A stretch of 64,000 bases of DNA, from positions 186,001-250,000 of the forward strand of contig JBEWZL010000123.1 of assembly GCA_045837725.1 (NCBI GenBank), given 5' to 3'. The DNA is from Vermamoeba vermiformis. Lineage: Eukaryota. Below the pieces are notes generated by a model, which was not told the DNA's origin, did no database searches, and saw only the letters and a program-made list of their open reading frames with translations. Positions 39,505 through 53,089 of the stretch are shown here, one piece after another. Within the stretch, counting starts at the first letter, position 1; each line of letters starts with the position of its first letter. The position numbers and the translations under genes were made by a program.

Positions 39505-42500
39505 ATGTCTTACCACACCGACGATCAGAATCCGAATTCCAGACCATATAGCGCAACGAACCCTTTTGCGCCTCAAGTGCAAAATACTAGCACACCGACA
39601 GTAAGTGGCTAACATCGTTTCTTATTTGCTTATAATAAAACAGAATTTTGCAATTTAACCGTTGCGTCAAGTCAAATTTGCTTGTTATGAATTTAAAAAG
39701 CAGATAAATTAGCGCAGTATTTTTTATTAATTAACTAGGAATAAATTGTTTGAAATCACGTGTTTGAATTTCGCTCGATAATCGCGATCCGCATTAATTT
39801 AACAAATATTAAGGTAAATCAGATTATGTCAGGCATACAAGATTGGCCTCCTCATGAAAGTAAGTACATGATCGTATTTTACCTATTATTTTCATTTTTT
39901 TAAATTATTTTGAAATTTGAAGTGCCGACGATTGCAATGCCACCCACACCTCAATTCAGCATAGCAACGCCTCAATATAGAAGCAATAATCCGTTCAATC
40001 CAGTAAATACTTCCAACAATCCATCATTCGGCGAGCATCGGTCACCTACAAATACTGCAACCAATTACAGCAACATGCCACAGACTATTTATAACCCGCA
40101 AAATAGTGCACCGAGCAACTATAATTATCCGAACAGCAATTTGAGCGCGTACAATCCTCCCGATGCACAGCACCAGCAGTTGCCGCAGTACGCCGTGCCC
40201 ACACTTGGTCATCAATGACGTCGAGGACCAAAACAATAATATCAAACAGACACAAGTGCAACAACACGACGGACCTGCCTCCGATACATTATTAGCGTCT
40301 TCACCGAGACGAAGTCCGCCGTCATCGCCGAGGAGGTACTCGCACGGTGCGGCCACACTTCCACGACCAAACTTCATCAACAGCACACCCGATCAATTAG
40401 TTGGCCCGCCGCCCTTGCCACCAAAAGATGGATTAGAACCTCCACCCTTGCCATCAAAAGACGGATTAGGCCCTCCACCCTTGCCACCTAAGAGTGCGCC
40501 ATCGTCACCAAGTGTTAGTCCTCGAAGGAACAATAATATTGCACCACAACAAGACGATGCAACTTCGTTTCCTATCCACGACAAGCACAGTTCAATCGAT
40601 CCACTCGACTTGGTGTTTCCTGAAATGGCAATTGAGACTGAAATGTTGCGTGAAAAGTTGCACGTGAGCCGTGACTTGAAGACAGAAGAGGCCAAGCCTA
40701 GTGAGGTTCAATATGCACCTCCGTTGAGTCCTAGAACTGCCGAGTACGTAAATAGCATCCATTACTAGTAGTGACTGACAATGTTGTTAGACAAAAGCGC
40801 GAGTTGATCGATGCAGTGATTGCGTCGGACACCAACAAGATCAACGAGTTGTTGAACCAAGGAGTGAATCCGAATGTGTTGGTAAGAGAATGACACTTTG
40901 ATAGCAAATTAGTATTAATAACGTTGTGACTAGGATGACACCGGACGAACACCGTTGCACATTGCAATCTTGGCGAAAAACATCGAGGTCCTCAAGTAAG
41001 TTACATACAAAATAAGACTATCAGCGTGATTCTAATACTGTGGTGCACTTCAGAGTATTATTAGCTAGTCCGAGAATAGATCCAAATGCCGGTGATCGAA
41101 CAGGTCTGACACCGTTACATTACGTCGCTTTCCTTCAAGATCCCGTCGACGCAACACTGTCGCCAGGTACTATTTAGCTGCTAATATATAGACTTGAATA
41201 CTTACCGTGGCTATATTTAGAATCAACTCGAATCCAGACCCGTGAAGCCGAGTCCGTGAAGATTATGATTTTGAACAAGTTGTTGCAGCACCCCAAGATC
41301 GACGTGAATATCATCGACAGCTCTGGCAACACACCTTTGATCTTTGCAGCGTCGTCGGGCAATCTCACCATGGTCTCGCTGTTGATCAACAGAGGTGCTA
41401 GCATTCAAAACTCAACGATGAATGGCACGACACCACTGCACGCCGCGTGTCAAGAAGGACATTACAAAATTGTTCAATTTTTGATCGACCTCGGTGCACA
41501 AGTCAACGTGCGTGATAATTTGTAAGTCCTATAATCATCGTGTCATATATAGCCGTAAGTACTGACGCGTGTTTGTAGTGGTGACACGCCGTTGCACTTT
41601 GCAGCCAAAGCGAACAACAAAGACATTGTGGCCGCACTGCAGCGAGCAGGGGCTGTGTTGAACTTAGTCAACAGACAAGGCCGCACACCCGCTGATTTGA
41701 CTACTTCAATGGACGTCAGGTGGATCTTGACTGGTGCGTGCACTTATACATACAATTTCATAGCATTACTAGTGATATTTGTTCCGTGCACGAAACTCCA
41801 AATCACCTGTTGTGTACACGTTGATTGAAACTTTGGAACTTTCGAGTGACAATTCTAACGGCCATCTAGGTATGAAGACGTCTGAGAGCAACCCACTAGA
41901 AGTAGACTTCGTGGACAATATGGTCTTAAAGAACGTAAGTACCGTACTTGATGAGAGCTGGATCTAACATGATTTTTGACAGTCACGTATTGGCATGTGC
42001 ATGTGTCCTGGACGCTCAAAGAAGGATCACAGACGTAATTTAGAAGCTGATATCAATGTGCTGCTGAGGTACGCTTGAGTGCTATCAAATCACGAATGAA
42101 TTTCCGTTTGACACTTCGATCCACCAGGTTCAACGCACAAGTGTTGGTCACGCTCGTCAAGGAGACCGAGTTGGATTCTATGGGCATCCCTAATATGATC
42201 AATGTGTACGTACTTCTCACACTAATTGCATGTCAGTAGCTAACGCGTTGCAGTGTCAAAGGTGCAGGCATTGAAAGTGTCTGGCTGCCTATCCGCGACA
42301 AGTGGATTCCGAGCAGCATGGACGATCTCATTCGCCTAGTAGAACAAATCATCGAGCGCATTCGTGAAGGCAAAGTCATCGTCGTGCACTGCAATGGAGG
42401 CAAGGGCCGCACTGGCCTCGTAGTCGTTGCTACTTTGTGTGGTCTCGGCATGTCAGTTGATGACGCCGTCAAGGCCACTAGAGCAGCGAGGCCGGGCATG

Positions 42501-42648
42501 ATTCAAAATCCAGCTCAGGTAAGTCAGATGCGCTGTTATAATGTGACTGAAGCGTTGACATTGACCTCGATCCGTTTGACAGATCTTGTATGCACGAGCG
42601 TTCAAAATGTATTGGGATAGCAAGTACCCTACTGGTGTAAGAATATAA
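39505..42648 (+). CDS. Proline-rich + ankyrin repeats + PTP-like dual-specificity phosphatase; apparent frame break near 40205
   Basis: NPF motifs, PPPLPxK repeats, GRTPLH/GNTPLI/GTTPLH/GDTPLH ankyrins, GMCMCPGR and HCNGGKGRTG active site. Confidence 0.8.
40402..40491 (+). repeat. Three coding tandem units encoding (G/E)PPPLP(P/S)K(DGL)
   Basis: GPPPLPPKDGL-EPPPLPSKDGL-GPPPLPPK, 33-nt period. Confidence 0.85.
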
Positions 42649-42944
42649 CATTACAGCATGTAAATATTACGGTGCACATGGTAGGGGATTTGAAATCTTT
42701 TTGAATCACACGAAAAAAGGGACCTAACGAATCACATGCTCATAGAAGTTGGTAAAAGTCGACTTTTACCGTTTTCGAGAGCGTCATGTTCATAGAGACA
42801 TGGAACTTTCTGCATAATTGTCACTAATTTTCGTTGTACGTGACCTAACGGTCGAGTTGTGGCAGTTAAAAATGACTCGATCCGGCTACTTATTTCAATC
42901 GACTTGAATCGAAGTTAGAACAACCATCTAAAGAAATTTCAACG

Positions 42945-43757
42945 ATGCAAATGAAATCCCTCTTTGTCGTATTTGTTGCTCTTTGCCTTGCCACTATTGT
43001 TTTGGCGAAGGATCCCGCCAAGCCAAAGCCTCCTACCAAATACACTCTGTCTGCCTTTGCTATTACCCCCAATGGCAACCACTCTGTTCGTTCTTACTAC
43101 GATCAAGCCAATGCTAGGTAGGTGGCAACATATGAACATCGTTCGAGCAATTTTAATAATTTGGATCCGCAGAGCTCGCACTGACATTTTGGACAACAAG
43201 TTTGTTCAAGTCGGAGAGTTCATTGGTCTCTACGAAGAGGTAAGTATACTACGATTATATAATACTATTCTTAGTTAATAAAATGATGAAATAGAAAAAG
43301 GGTCACTTCTACAACAGCACCACTGGTCAATGCGCCGTCTATGGTCTTAGCGCTGGTTGGGTGAACACCTGGGACTTCTTGAACAACGCTACTTTCTACG
43401 GCAACGATACTTTTGCTGCTAACAAGTCTTGCGAACTTTGGGCTTCTAAGCTCGGTAAGCTAATCCACATGCGATCCTGAATTCTCAGAATAATTTTTAA
43501 TGTTTTAACCAACACCCAATGTAGAGAAGAACATGACTTTGGCTGCGTGCTTCTCTCACGAGATCCCCGTCTTCGTTGGTCTTTATAACGGCACTCAAGT
43601 CAACTCGCTCTATTTCATCACTCACTTCGAGGCCGCGGTTAGCAAGGATGTTTTCAGCTTGCCCAGCACGTGCCACAAGACCTCTTTCAAGTTGTCCACT
43701 ATGCCGTTGTTGAACTTGAAGAAATTCAAGGTTCCTGCTCATCCTCTTCTCTTTTAA
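42945..43757 (+). CDS. Secreted ependymin-related-like protein, paralogue A
   Basis: Signal peptide, PAKPKPP, YYD, NSTTGQC, DVFSLPSTC, C-terminus KVPAHPLLF. Confidence 0.6.
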
Positions 43758-44153
43758 GCAGATTCGTACTTTCCTGGTCAGATGCGAAGTCAATTAACAA
43801 CGTCTCAAATGAGTTTTTGTATCTACGTTCCATTGCTAGATAATTTTTAGTTGTTAATACTCGTACGAGTGACAATAAACATCTGGATTATTTTTTCATT
43901 TTCGGATCCGTTCGATTTGACTGGGATTAATCTGTTGCACTAGATCGGCGTCATTACCGATATCGTTGGCTCGATCGTTGTACTTAAAAAGTAAGAATCA
44001 CGTGTTCTTAAGAAGTTTCCTCAGACAGTTCCACGGTCGCCAAAAATTCCGATTTGTACTGTACATTCTGATTGTACCTTATACCCGATAATCAGCATTT
44101 TACATGCTTCTACTGATCGAAGTACCACTAGTTAAAGTACAGTTAGATCAACA

Positions 44154-44934
44154 ATGCAACCAACAAGATCTTACTTCGTCATTCTATCAGCATTATGCTT
44201 GGCTACGATCGCACTGGCTGGAGATCCACCCAAGCCGAATCCACCAACTTCTTATTCCGTTTCATTGTTTACTTTCTCTCGAAATGGTTACGAAGCCACT
44301 CGGACTTACTACAACCAAACTACAAAGAGGTATTTTTTCCGAGATCGCGTTCTTTTGAGTATTAACAGCTCTGCAGCGCTAGAACTGATACGTTCGACCA
44401 AAATTTCAACCCCGTGAGCGAGTTCATTGGCTTTTGGGCACATGTATGTTATTTTTGTCGCCTACTGCGAGCTGATCAAGGACTTTCAGAAACGAGGCTA
44501 CATGTACAATAGCACCACCGGTCAATGCCAGGTCATCGCTTTAACCTCTCCTTGGGCAAACACTTGGGACATCTTAAACAACGCTACGTTCAGTGGTGTT
44601 GAAACGACGTACAAAGGCGAGAAGTGCGTGATGTGGATCACAGCTCTCGGTAAGTTAACCTCGACGGTAGCTTTTATCAATACGATGTTAATCTATTACA
44701 GACAACAATAAGGAACTAAATAGTTGCTTCAATGAGAACACCCCTGTTTATTTTAGCTTGTACGACGGGGGTAATGTGGTCTTTCTCTCTTTCGTCACCA
44801 GTTTCAGTCCGGATGTGGATCCATCAGTGTTTGAGGTGCCGGGCTCTTGCGGCTTCGGTGTGACCCCTCAGTCACCGATGAACTCTGACAACTTGAAGAA
44901 GTACAAGGTCCCTGCTCACCCTCTTCTCTTTTAA
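44154..44934 (+). CDS. Secreted ependymin-related-like protein, paralogue B
   Basis: Same exon layout and motifs (PPKPNPP, NSTTGQC, DPSVFEVPGSC, KVPAHPLLF). Confidence 0.6.
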
Positions 44935-45231
44935 TTGGTTCGATGGGGAATAAAATTACTTTGTTCTCTAACTTGGTAGATAATTTTGACCTAATTCAAA
45001 AAGTTCGTCGAGCCAGATCCAAAAAATTGTCTGAAAATCAATCTTCCACTACAATTGTTTCTAAAGGGGACAATCTCGTTCCAATACGTATTCGAATGAA
45101 CCCCGTTTTTGCGTTAGATTGTGAATTGTTTCGCTATTTAAACGTTATTTGGGAGTTCTCAAAGACCGCGCCAAAAATGACTTGTTTGACGTTTACGCTT
45201 CATCAAAAAGTAAAGCAACACAACAGCACAA

Positions 45232-46708
45232 ATGGCGCGTCGATTAAATCGTCAATATACGCCAATGGGGTTTACAGCACGCGAAACCACGCCATCGCTA
45301 AAGCGGACGGACAAACAAAGCGGATGGAGTATGATCGCGATTGACGAAGACCGTATTGGCAAGTGTATATGCTTAGTTTGCCGTCAATCGATAGCTATAG
45401 GCTCGGTAAGAATAAGGGCCTATAAGCGCACTGAAAAGAAGGCTCACTTGAATTGTTGGAAGGTAATTGAATGAAAAATAATGAAATTATCGATAATTTC
45501 TGAGAATTGAATGCGATCGTAATATAACCATATTATCGTTATAATTACGCACAAAATTTAGGCAATTAATTATCTAATATTTTCGTTGTAAGCTGGATCC
45601 GATCGCTCAGCCGACTTTCTTTCCTGGGTATGACGAATTAAGCGACGAAAAGAAGCTAATCGTGCAAGAATATTGCGATAACATTAATTGTACGAACTTT
45701 CAATTATTTTATTGTTCGAGACAAGATCTTGCTAATATTTCTCATTTAGCATCCGTACTGAAGAAACGAAAGGCTGAAGAAGCATTGCCTGAGACACGCG
45801 CCGTGAAGAGGGTTAGTATTCTACTACTATTTTGTGTCTTTAAAGACAGTTTTTGAAATTTTCGCAGATCTGTCTTGAAACTCTACAAAATGAAAAAATG
45901 TGGGAAGCTGAGGGATTGAAGTGCCCTATTAAGAGCTTGCCTATTGAAATCATGCACGTCTTATTCGACCAATTGGACCTTCGTTCTTTGCAAAATTTCT
46001 CGTTGACTTGTAAACGGATCTTGGTCACTGCCACCGACGATGAAATTTGGCAAAGTAAGTTTTAAATTATTAGAAAGATTTCTAATTAGGTTGCTAATTT
46101 CCGCTTACAGAACGAGTTGAAGCAGTGTGGTCCAACTACCTCCATCTGAAAACAGATGAGGCGCAACAATGGTTCAAATTCTATCAAATTATGCTTCATG
46201 TAAGTACCACAACACTAGTAATTCAATAACTATAAGCAAGAATAAGTTAATTGCACAAATACTTCACGGATCTGGATCCGATGACCAGCGCTAACTTTTG
46301 ACTTCTCAGAACACGTGCTATCATTGCCGTCAGCCCACACCACTCGCATTTGCACCTCTGAGTGGCAGACTCTGCGTAAAATGTCGCGAATTGAAGCAAT
46401 ACTACTTGATGAATACGGCCTGGGCCCTGGAGAAGTATCAACTGGACTACTCAGATCTGCGCCAAGCTGGTATAGTGAGCGTCAGATCCAACACGAACGA
46501 CAAGGTGTTGTTGTCGCAAGTACGTGCCTTGGCCAAGAAATTGAACAAAACTCCGGTACATATGCCATATGACTCGTGGATCAGACAAACATTTTCGCCG
46601 GGTGATGAGGAATACGAAGAGTTCAAACCGGACGAGAACCGAGCTCAACATAACAACAACTACCATATCTATCAACAGTATTTTGCAATAGATTTGTCTT
46701 TGTATTAA
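45232..46708 (+). CDS. F-box protein with N-terminal PARP-type zinc finger and C-terminal C4 zinc/XPA-like region
   Basis: CLVC..IAIGSVRI..HLNCW..GYDELS; LPIEIMHVLFDQLDLRSLQNFSLTCK..IW; CYHC..LCVKC..ALEKYQL. Confidence 0.65.
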
Positions 46709-46856
46709 TAAACGGACCCGTTTGGCTTCTACACAAATCCAAAAAAGATGAAAAAAAGTAATTTAGATCAACGATAGCTAATGATGCTTCGATTAATAAA
46801 CAATGACCAGAAAAGTCCAAAAAAATAGGCGCGACATAAGTACATGAAACAAGTGT

Positions 46857-49470
46857 TTAATTGCCCTTCCAATAATCACGCATCTTTTGGAAAGTATTGT
46901 GCCAAAATCCACTCGATGTGTCGTGTTGTGCTTCTAATGTTTCTTCTTTTGCAAATTCTTCAATCAATTGCCTCTGTTTTTCGCTCAGTTTCTTCGGGAT
47001 CTGCACTTTGAAGTGAATGAACTATCGATATGAAACTCGTTAGAATATGAATATATTGACCTAGTTGTAGTCTTAATCATACCTGACTGCCAGTCTCGCC
47101 GCCAGCTTTAGATACACCGCGGCCTCGCAGCACGCGTTTTTCAGCGTTTTGAATGCCAGGTGGTACTTTGACATCGACTTCACCGGTCAATGTCGGCACT
47201 CTGACAGTGCCACCAAGAATGGCAACACTCACGGGGAGAGGTACATCAATGTGTATGTCAGTGCCTTCACGGCGGAATAACTCGTGAGGCGTGACATTGA
47301 CGTGAAGGTAGAGGTGGCCGGGTTGACCGCCCTTTGGTCCCGCGTCACCCTGGCCCTTCAACCGAATGTTGTTGCCCTGGTCAATGCCAGCAGGGATCTT
47401 GACGCGCAATGTCTTCGTGTCTTCTTTCACGCCCGCGCCCTTGCACACGCCGCACGGTGTTTCAATCACGACACCTTCGCCCTTGCATTTGCGACACGTG
47501 CGTTGCATGCCCATGAAGCCCATGGACACCACTTCCACGCCTGAACCACCGCAGTTCGTGCAGCCTGAGACACGTGTGCCTGGCTTGGCGCCTGTGCCGT
47601 CACATGTCTTGCAGGTTGACTTGGCTTGGTATCGGATCTGCCGTGAAAGTTAGGTCAGTGCATTGCCATAAAAGGAAATAACAGCGTGATAGATCGTACC
47701 TCTTTCTCGCAGCCAGTAATAGCCTCCATAAACGACAAATTAATGCCGACTTCGATATTATTTCCTTTTTTGGGACCACCAGTCGGTCCGTCTTCAAACA
47801 TGTTGCCGAATCCTCCGCCGAATTCTTCTTGAATCTTGCGGAATATCTCTTCAGGGCTCGTAAATCCTCCGAAGCCTCCGCCGGGGAATCCTCCGAAGCC
47901 ACCAAATCCTCCACCAGGGCCGCCATTTGCACCCGCAGCATTGCCTTCAAATGCCTGCGAGCCATAAGCATCATATGTCTTGCGCTTTTCATCGTCTGAC
48001 AGCACTTCATAAGCCTGACTAATATCTGTGAATTTTTTGTGCGCATCCGCTGACTTGTTGGTGTCAGGGTGGTATTGTTTCGCGAGTGCGTAATATGCTT
48101 TTTTGATTTCATTCTTTGACGCGTTCTTTGACACGCCTAATATCTCGTAGTAATCTTTTTTTGCTCGTGGCACTGCGCAGTGAAAAAAAACGAGTTAGAG
48201 AACCATTGCCATAAAAGGAAATTATCGTACGAGCAACGCGTCATTATAAGAGTAATATTATGGTTTGTATGAATAACTTTCCATAAAAGGTAATATTTGT
48301 AATTATCGTTATTGTGTGTTTATAAGAATGTAGGGACTATGGAGGCAAAGTGATGAATCAAGAATAAAGCAATCACTTTGTACTATGAAGGCCCAAACTT
48401 TGTTCTTGGAACGAGTTTTGTTGTTGTTTGGTGCTTGTCGGTGAATATTGAAGCGAAGCAATCAAAAGACTTGATTGTTCGATCTTCAAGTCTCAAACGT
48501 CTAATTGATCGTTGCCGCTGCTTTCTTGCACCACTTGATAATGAATACCAAATGATGCAAAACAAAACCACAACGTCAAAAAATAACGAGAAACAACAGA
48601 CGATCATCAAAAACAATTGTCTTTCACCACCGACTGAAGTCATCGTGATTCATGCTCAAAAAGAACCGAACCACAATGACTCCACACTGTTCCGTTGTAT
48701 TATCACTACGCGTAGTTATTTTGAGGGTTATTGTAAGGATCCGCTGAAGATCCGATGTTCGCTTCGTATTGTTTCGATATACAAATTAAGTAAATATATA
48801 ATTATTGTTGAGTTTAAAGTCATTATAGTATTATTAATGATAATACTAAAGCTATAATTGTTAAGTTTGAAAATGACGCGTGTCGTAACAATGAGTTCAC
48901 TAAATGTTCGCTTACCTGTAGAGGTGTGAAATTGAGTATATGAAATATTGTCGGCAATATTGTCCTATAATAGAAGTTATTAGTCGACCCTGTTTGGACG
49001 ATCCAGATACAGTTCCAGATCCAAAATAGTTCTGTTAATATTCAGAATTGTTCGATTTGCCACAATGATATTAAATATTAATAGCAGACGTGTCCTATAC
49101 TTTTAGGCGAGGGAGGACCAAGCCAATTCAATAAAACAACACGAAAATATTTTATAATTCTAGATCGCAGTTAAATTACCTGTTGGGCGTTTAATAAAGT
49201 TGTATTTGTATGTTCTGAGGGAAGGCTAACAGAGCGCTTTTTTTCTGTATATTTAAAAAATGGATCAGAACGAATCAGATGCCAGATGAAAATTTGTCGT
49301 TGCATAAATAGAGCCGAATACTTACTACGCGCGTTATTTGTACAGCTGCAGTTGCTGTGAGTATTATTGAACAAGGATAAAGGCTTAGCACTCGAGTGGA
49401 ACTTCCTTGCTTTTGATGCGGCAGATCTGGACAGACGCTTGCAAGCGACTTTAGTTGTGTTGGAAAGCAT
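46857..49470 (-). CDS. DNAJA3: Mitochondrial type I DnaJ (Mdj1/DNAJA3-like)
   Basis: Presequence, J-domain with HPD, G/F region, four CxxCxGxG repeats, C-terminal domain. Confidence 0.9.
48326..48696 (-). ncRNA. Long intronic box H/ACA RNA, copy 2 (in DnaJ intron 48173-48915)
   Basis: H box, 3' hairpin and ACA identical to copy 1; sense to the host gene. Confidence 0.7.
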
Positions 49471-49872
49471 TTCTAGGCTACTGCTCTTATTCACGTATTA
49501 AAGTCGATAAATACAATTGAATTGATGTTTACAGTTCGCCGGTAAAAGTTGAAATGAAAAAAACAACATCCAAATCTTATGGCTGCGAGCCTCATCGTGC
49601 AAAACGGCGGAAATATATCACCTGACATTACTATGCTACGAGGAACCACTTTCAGCCCAAACAGAGTCCTTCAGATGGGTAGATCGGCAGATCCATATCG
49701 TGTGACGTCATCAACAATGTTTAAACTCCGAATATTCGTTAAAATACTTCGTAATTCAGTTAATGAGTAGTTTTATTGTACTTTTGGTTTCTCATTGAAT
49801 AGCCATGCAAAAAACTATTTTCTTTTGTACAAGGATCCGGAAAAATATTTAAATATAAATAAAGAGCTGTAT

Positions 49873-52026
49873 TTAGTTCTTCTTAATGTTATCAGCCTTC
49901 TTTTGTTCTTCAGCAGTCTTTTGAGTCTTGCCGCTCTGATCCAGACCGACATTGGTGCGGGTCTGAGGGGTTTCTTTAGGCGACTGTTGGCTAGCAGCTT
50001 GTTGCTGTTGTTGCGCCTTGTTGGCTGATTCTTGTTGAGCTTGGGCTTGCGCTTGCGCTTGTTTCTTTTCTTCTCGCAGCTTGTCGTGCTTCTCCAAGTT
50101 AGGAGCATAAGGACCTGTCAAACAACCACACGTTAGACCAGATCTAAAATAGTAACTCTTCATGATATCAACTATTACTTTATCAATTTCATACTGTGTA
50201 TATTACTAATATTGTAGTCTAAATGAGATTAAGTTGAATGTAGGGTAAAAAATATGTAATAAAAAAGTCGCGTTGACACGCGTGTTTGAATAACATTACC
50301 TCAATATAGCAAGTAGTGGTACCATTAAATACTATTACATTACATACCCATAGGAGGCTCCTTCAAAGTGATGGGTTCGCCGAAAGGCTCGCAGTTTCGT
50401 CTGCCGCTGTAAGGACCAACTTTAGGTGTACCTCCGTTTTTCAACTCGGTCAAAATTTGTCTTGTTGTGGCAGGAGTCAAATCCTCCTATTAAAATTAAA
50501 TATATACGGTGAGTAATAGTGTCCATATACGACTATATTAATGCAAAATAATAAGAGCGGATGGTTCCTTGGACTTACAAAGTAATCGTCGCCAATTTGC
50601 ATCATCGGAGCGTTAACGCAAGCACCGAGGCACTCAACTTCCAACAAAGTAAACATCTTGTCCTTAGTAGTCTCTGTAATAATACAAATAATGAGTCTCA
50701 TGCGTAGCTGAATTAAATTAATTTTCAAATTGAAGCTTGATCCCAACTTAACGAAAAAATTATTTCGAGTTTTTAACCTTTAAAATTATGACGATAGCTA
50801 TATAATGTAGGTCTAGTATTCAATTACAGGAAAATTGTTTTGAATTACGTACCACCCGGATGTATTCCCAAGAACTCTTCGCAAGCCTTCATAATGTCAT
50901 CCGAACCGCGCAACTTGCAGGGTGTGGTACCGCACACTTGAACGAAGTGCTTGCCAATAGGTGATCTAGTGTGCGAGGCACAGTTAATAAGAGTTTGCGA
51001 ACGAGATCCAGCTTTTGTTTAAAAAGCTCTCATAAATTTAAAATGATTAATTTCGCTCAATATACAATATACCGACTTATATTAGACGTAAATTATTTCT
51101 AGATTAAAAAATAAATATTCTAAATAATATTCGTACCTGTTAAACATAGAATAGAAAGAAGCAACTTCATATACAGCCATAGGAGGCACTTCAAGGATTT
51201 TTGCGACCTATTAAATAAATAAAATATTAATATTTCATTACGCGCCAATCACAATAATGTTGTTTGTAAATTATGACAGCCGATGCGCTCGTAGCTCAAG
51301 CCATCATATTCTAGATTGAACAGACATTATTATATTTACCTTGTTCATCGCAGACAAAGGCAACCAACCACCGCATTGACGTTGAGCCAAATCCAAGAGA
51401 GGAGCCATAGCAGATTGTTTGTAAGTGGGAGGATATTTAGCCATAAATTTCTGTGCTTTAGCCCAATTTTCGGGAGTGAACTCGAAGGGGATACTTTCAT
51501 TGTTCCATTCAGTATCACGGTGCTGTGCAAAGTGTGGATTAGAATTGGATTTAGCTCGCCTCATTATCGGGCTTGTAAATTATCTAAAATTTAGGAGAAT
51601 AATTTATCGCGTGTTTGGTATTGATGTATCCATATATTAGTGGTTATTAAGCCGTTTTAAAAATGTCTAGACGCGGTTAGTGAAAATTATTATTTTTGAT
51701 AATTATAAAATATCTGGATAAACGTTATAATAAGCCCTAAAAATATAATAGCAGTAATATAGTCAATAAAAATATATATGAGTACGTACCACGTTCAATT
51801 TATCAATACCAACAGCGCTCATCTTGCTAGAGTGGAATCCCTTAGCCTAAAACGCGTCAAATTGATTAATCAACTGCATCCACCGATGATATCAATCATA
51901 TAATAATTAATATTAATTATTGGACTGTCGCTGGACACATACAAAGAGGCTTTTTGAGCTAGATGGACGCGAGCAAACTGATCGAGAGGCTCGAGTGACT
52001 GAACGGAGAAGTTGCTTGCTGAACAT
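49873..52026 (-). CDS. NDUFV2: NADH:ubiquinone oxidoreductase 24-kDa subunit
   Basis: [44 protein letters not shown]; Gln-rich C-terminal extension. Confidence 0.95.
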
Positions 52027-53089
52027 TGTTATTCAATACTATGATATTCTATATTGAATAGTGTTAGAGTTGATCCTCCTCTCGTTGGCTCAAAAAAAAT
52101 AAAACTGTTCACGAGTCACACGACCTCGCTATTTCTCAACTGAAACACACGCGATACGAGGAGGAACCTCCATACTCAACGTAGATAATATTATCGAATG
52201 TATTTGTGGCGGTAGATCGATTGGCACGAAGACGAAACTAAAGTTCGAAAATTTTTGTTTGGATCTGATCTTAAAATAGTGCAGGTTAGCGATGTATTTG
52301 CGGCAGGTGCACCACTAGAGAAATTCCGTTAGCATTATTTTTGGCTGTAGAACGCTCGTGCAGCCAAGGCTTGAAATATAATCGGCAAAAACAACGTTTC
52401 AAGTGCTTCAAAAATCGCTAGCGCAACGTGATTTAAGCCATTTCTCAAGCGGCAATTGATGGATTATAAACGTTTATACGAGTACGTATCCATTTTTGAA
52501 GCGTTTCATTCATTTTAGTTCATTAACTGGTCCGATCTACATTGTGGAAGCTCCGCCTGCTCTGTATACTATATTAACTATGGAGACATTACTATAAAAC
52601 GTTCGAATAAAGCTCCGATAGGGGGAAGGGATTATTTTGCGGCCATTTCTCGAAGATAATTTTATTTGGCCTATCTTGGATAAAATCTCCGCTTCTGCCT
52701 ACGCTCCGATAAAAGAAGCATTACGTACTGCAATTCTTACTTTTGACTATTATAAACAGCGGAAAGCTTCGATTTCAGCAAATATCGTAAAAACTTTGAC
52801 GTGGATTTGACGCGCAGATCCTTTTGCAAGCGCCTCTTGAGGGTCTCTTACTAACCAATAGACCTCCTATACCATCTCAATTCTATTATACAGCCTATTC
52901 CTACGCTCCGAAACTATTCAAAAGTATAAAATTTTGTAAGCGACCTCGTGGGAAAAACCACGCTGAAATTCATTCCGCCATTTTGTTCTATTTCTGCAAG
53001 ACCAACACAATATTAGGTGAACCTGCTGGTATTAAAATTCATGCAGAATAGGTCTTGGTGATTCATTTTGATTTATTTTTATCGAGGAG

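Noticed and set aside
48378-48857. 159-aa and 86-aa ORFs over the duplicated element
   Set aside because: No domain features; indels between the two copies break the frames; the ncRNA reading explains the conservation better
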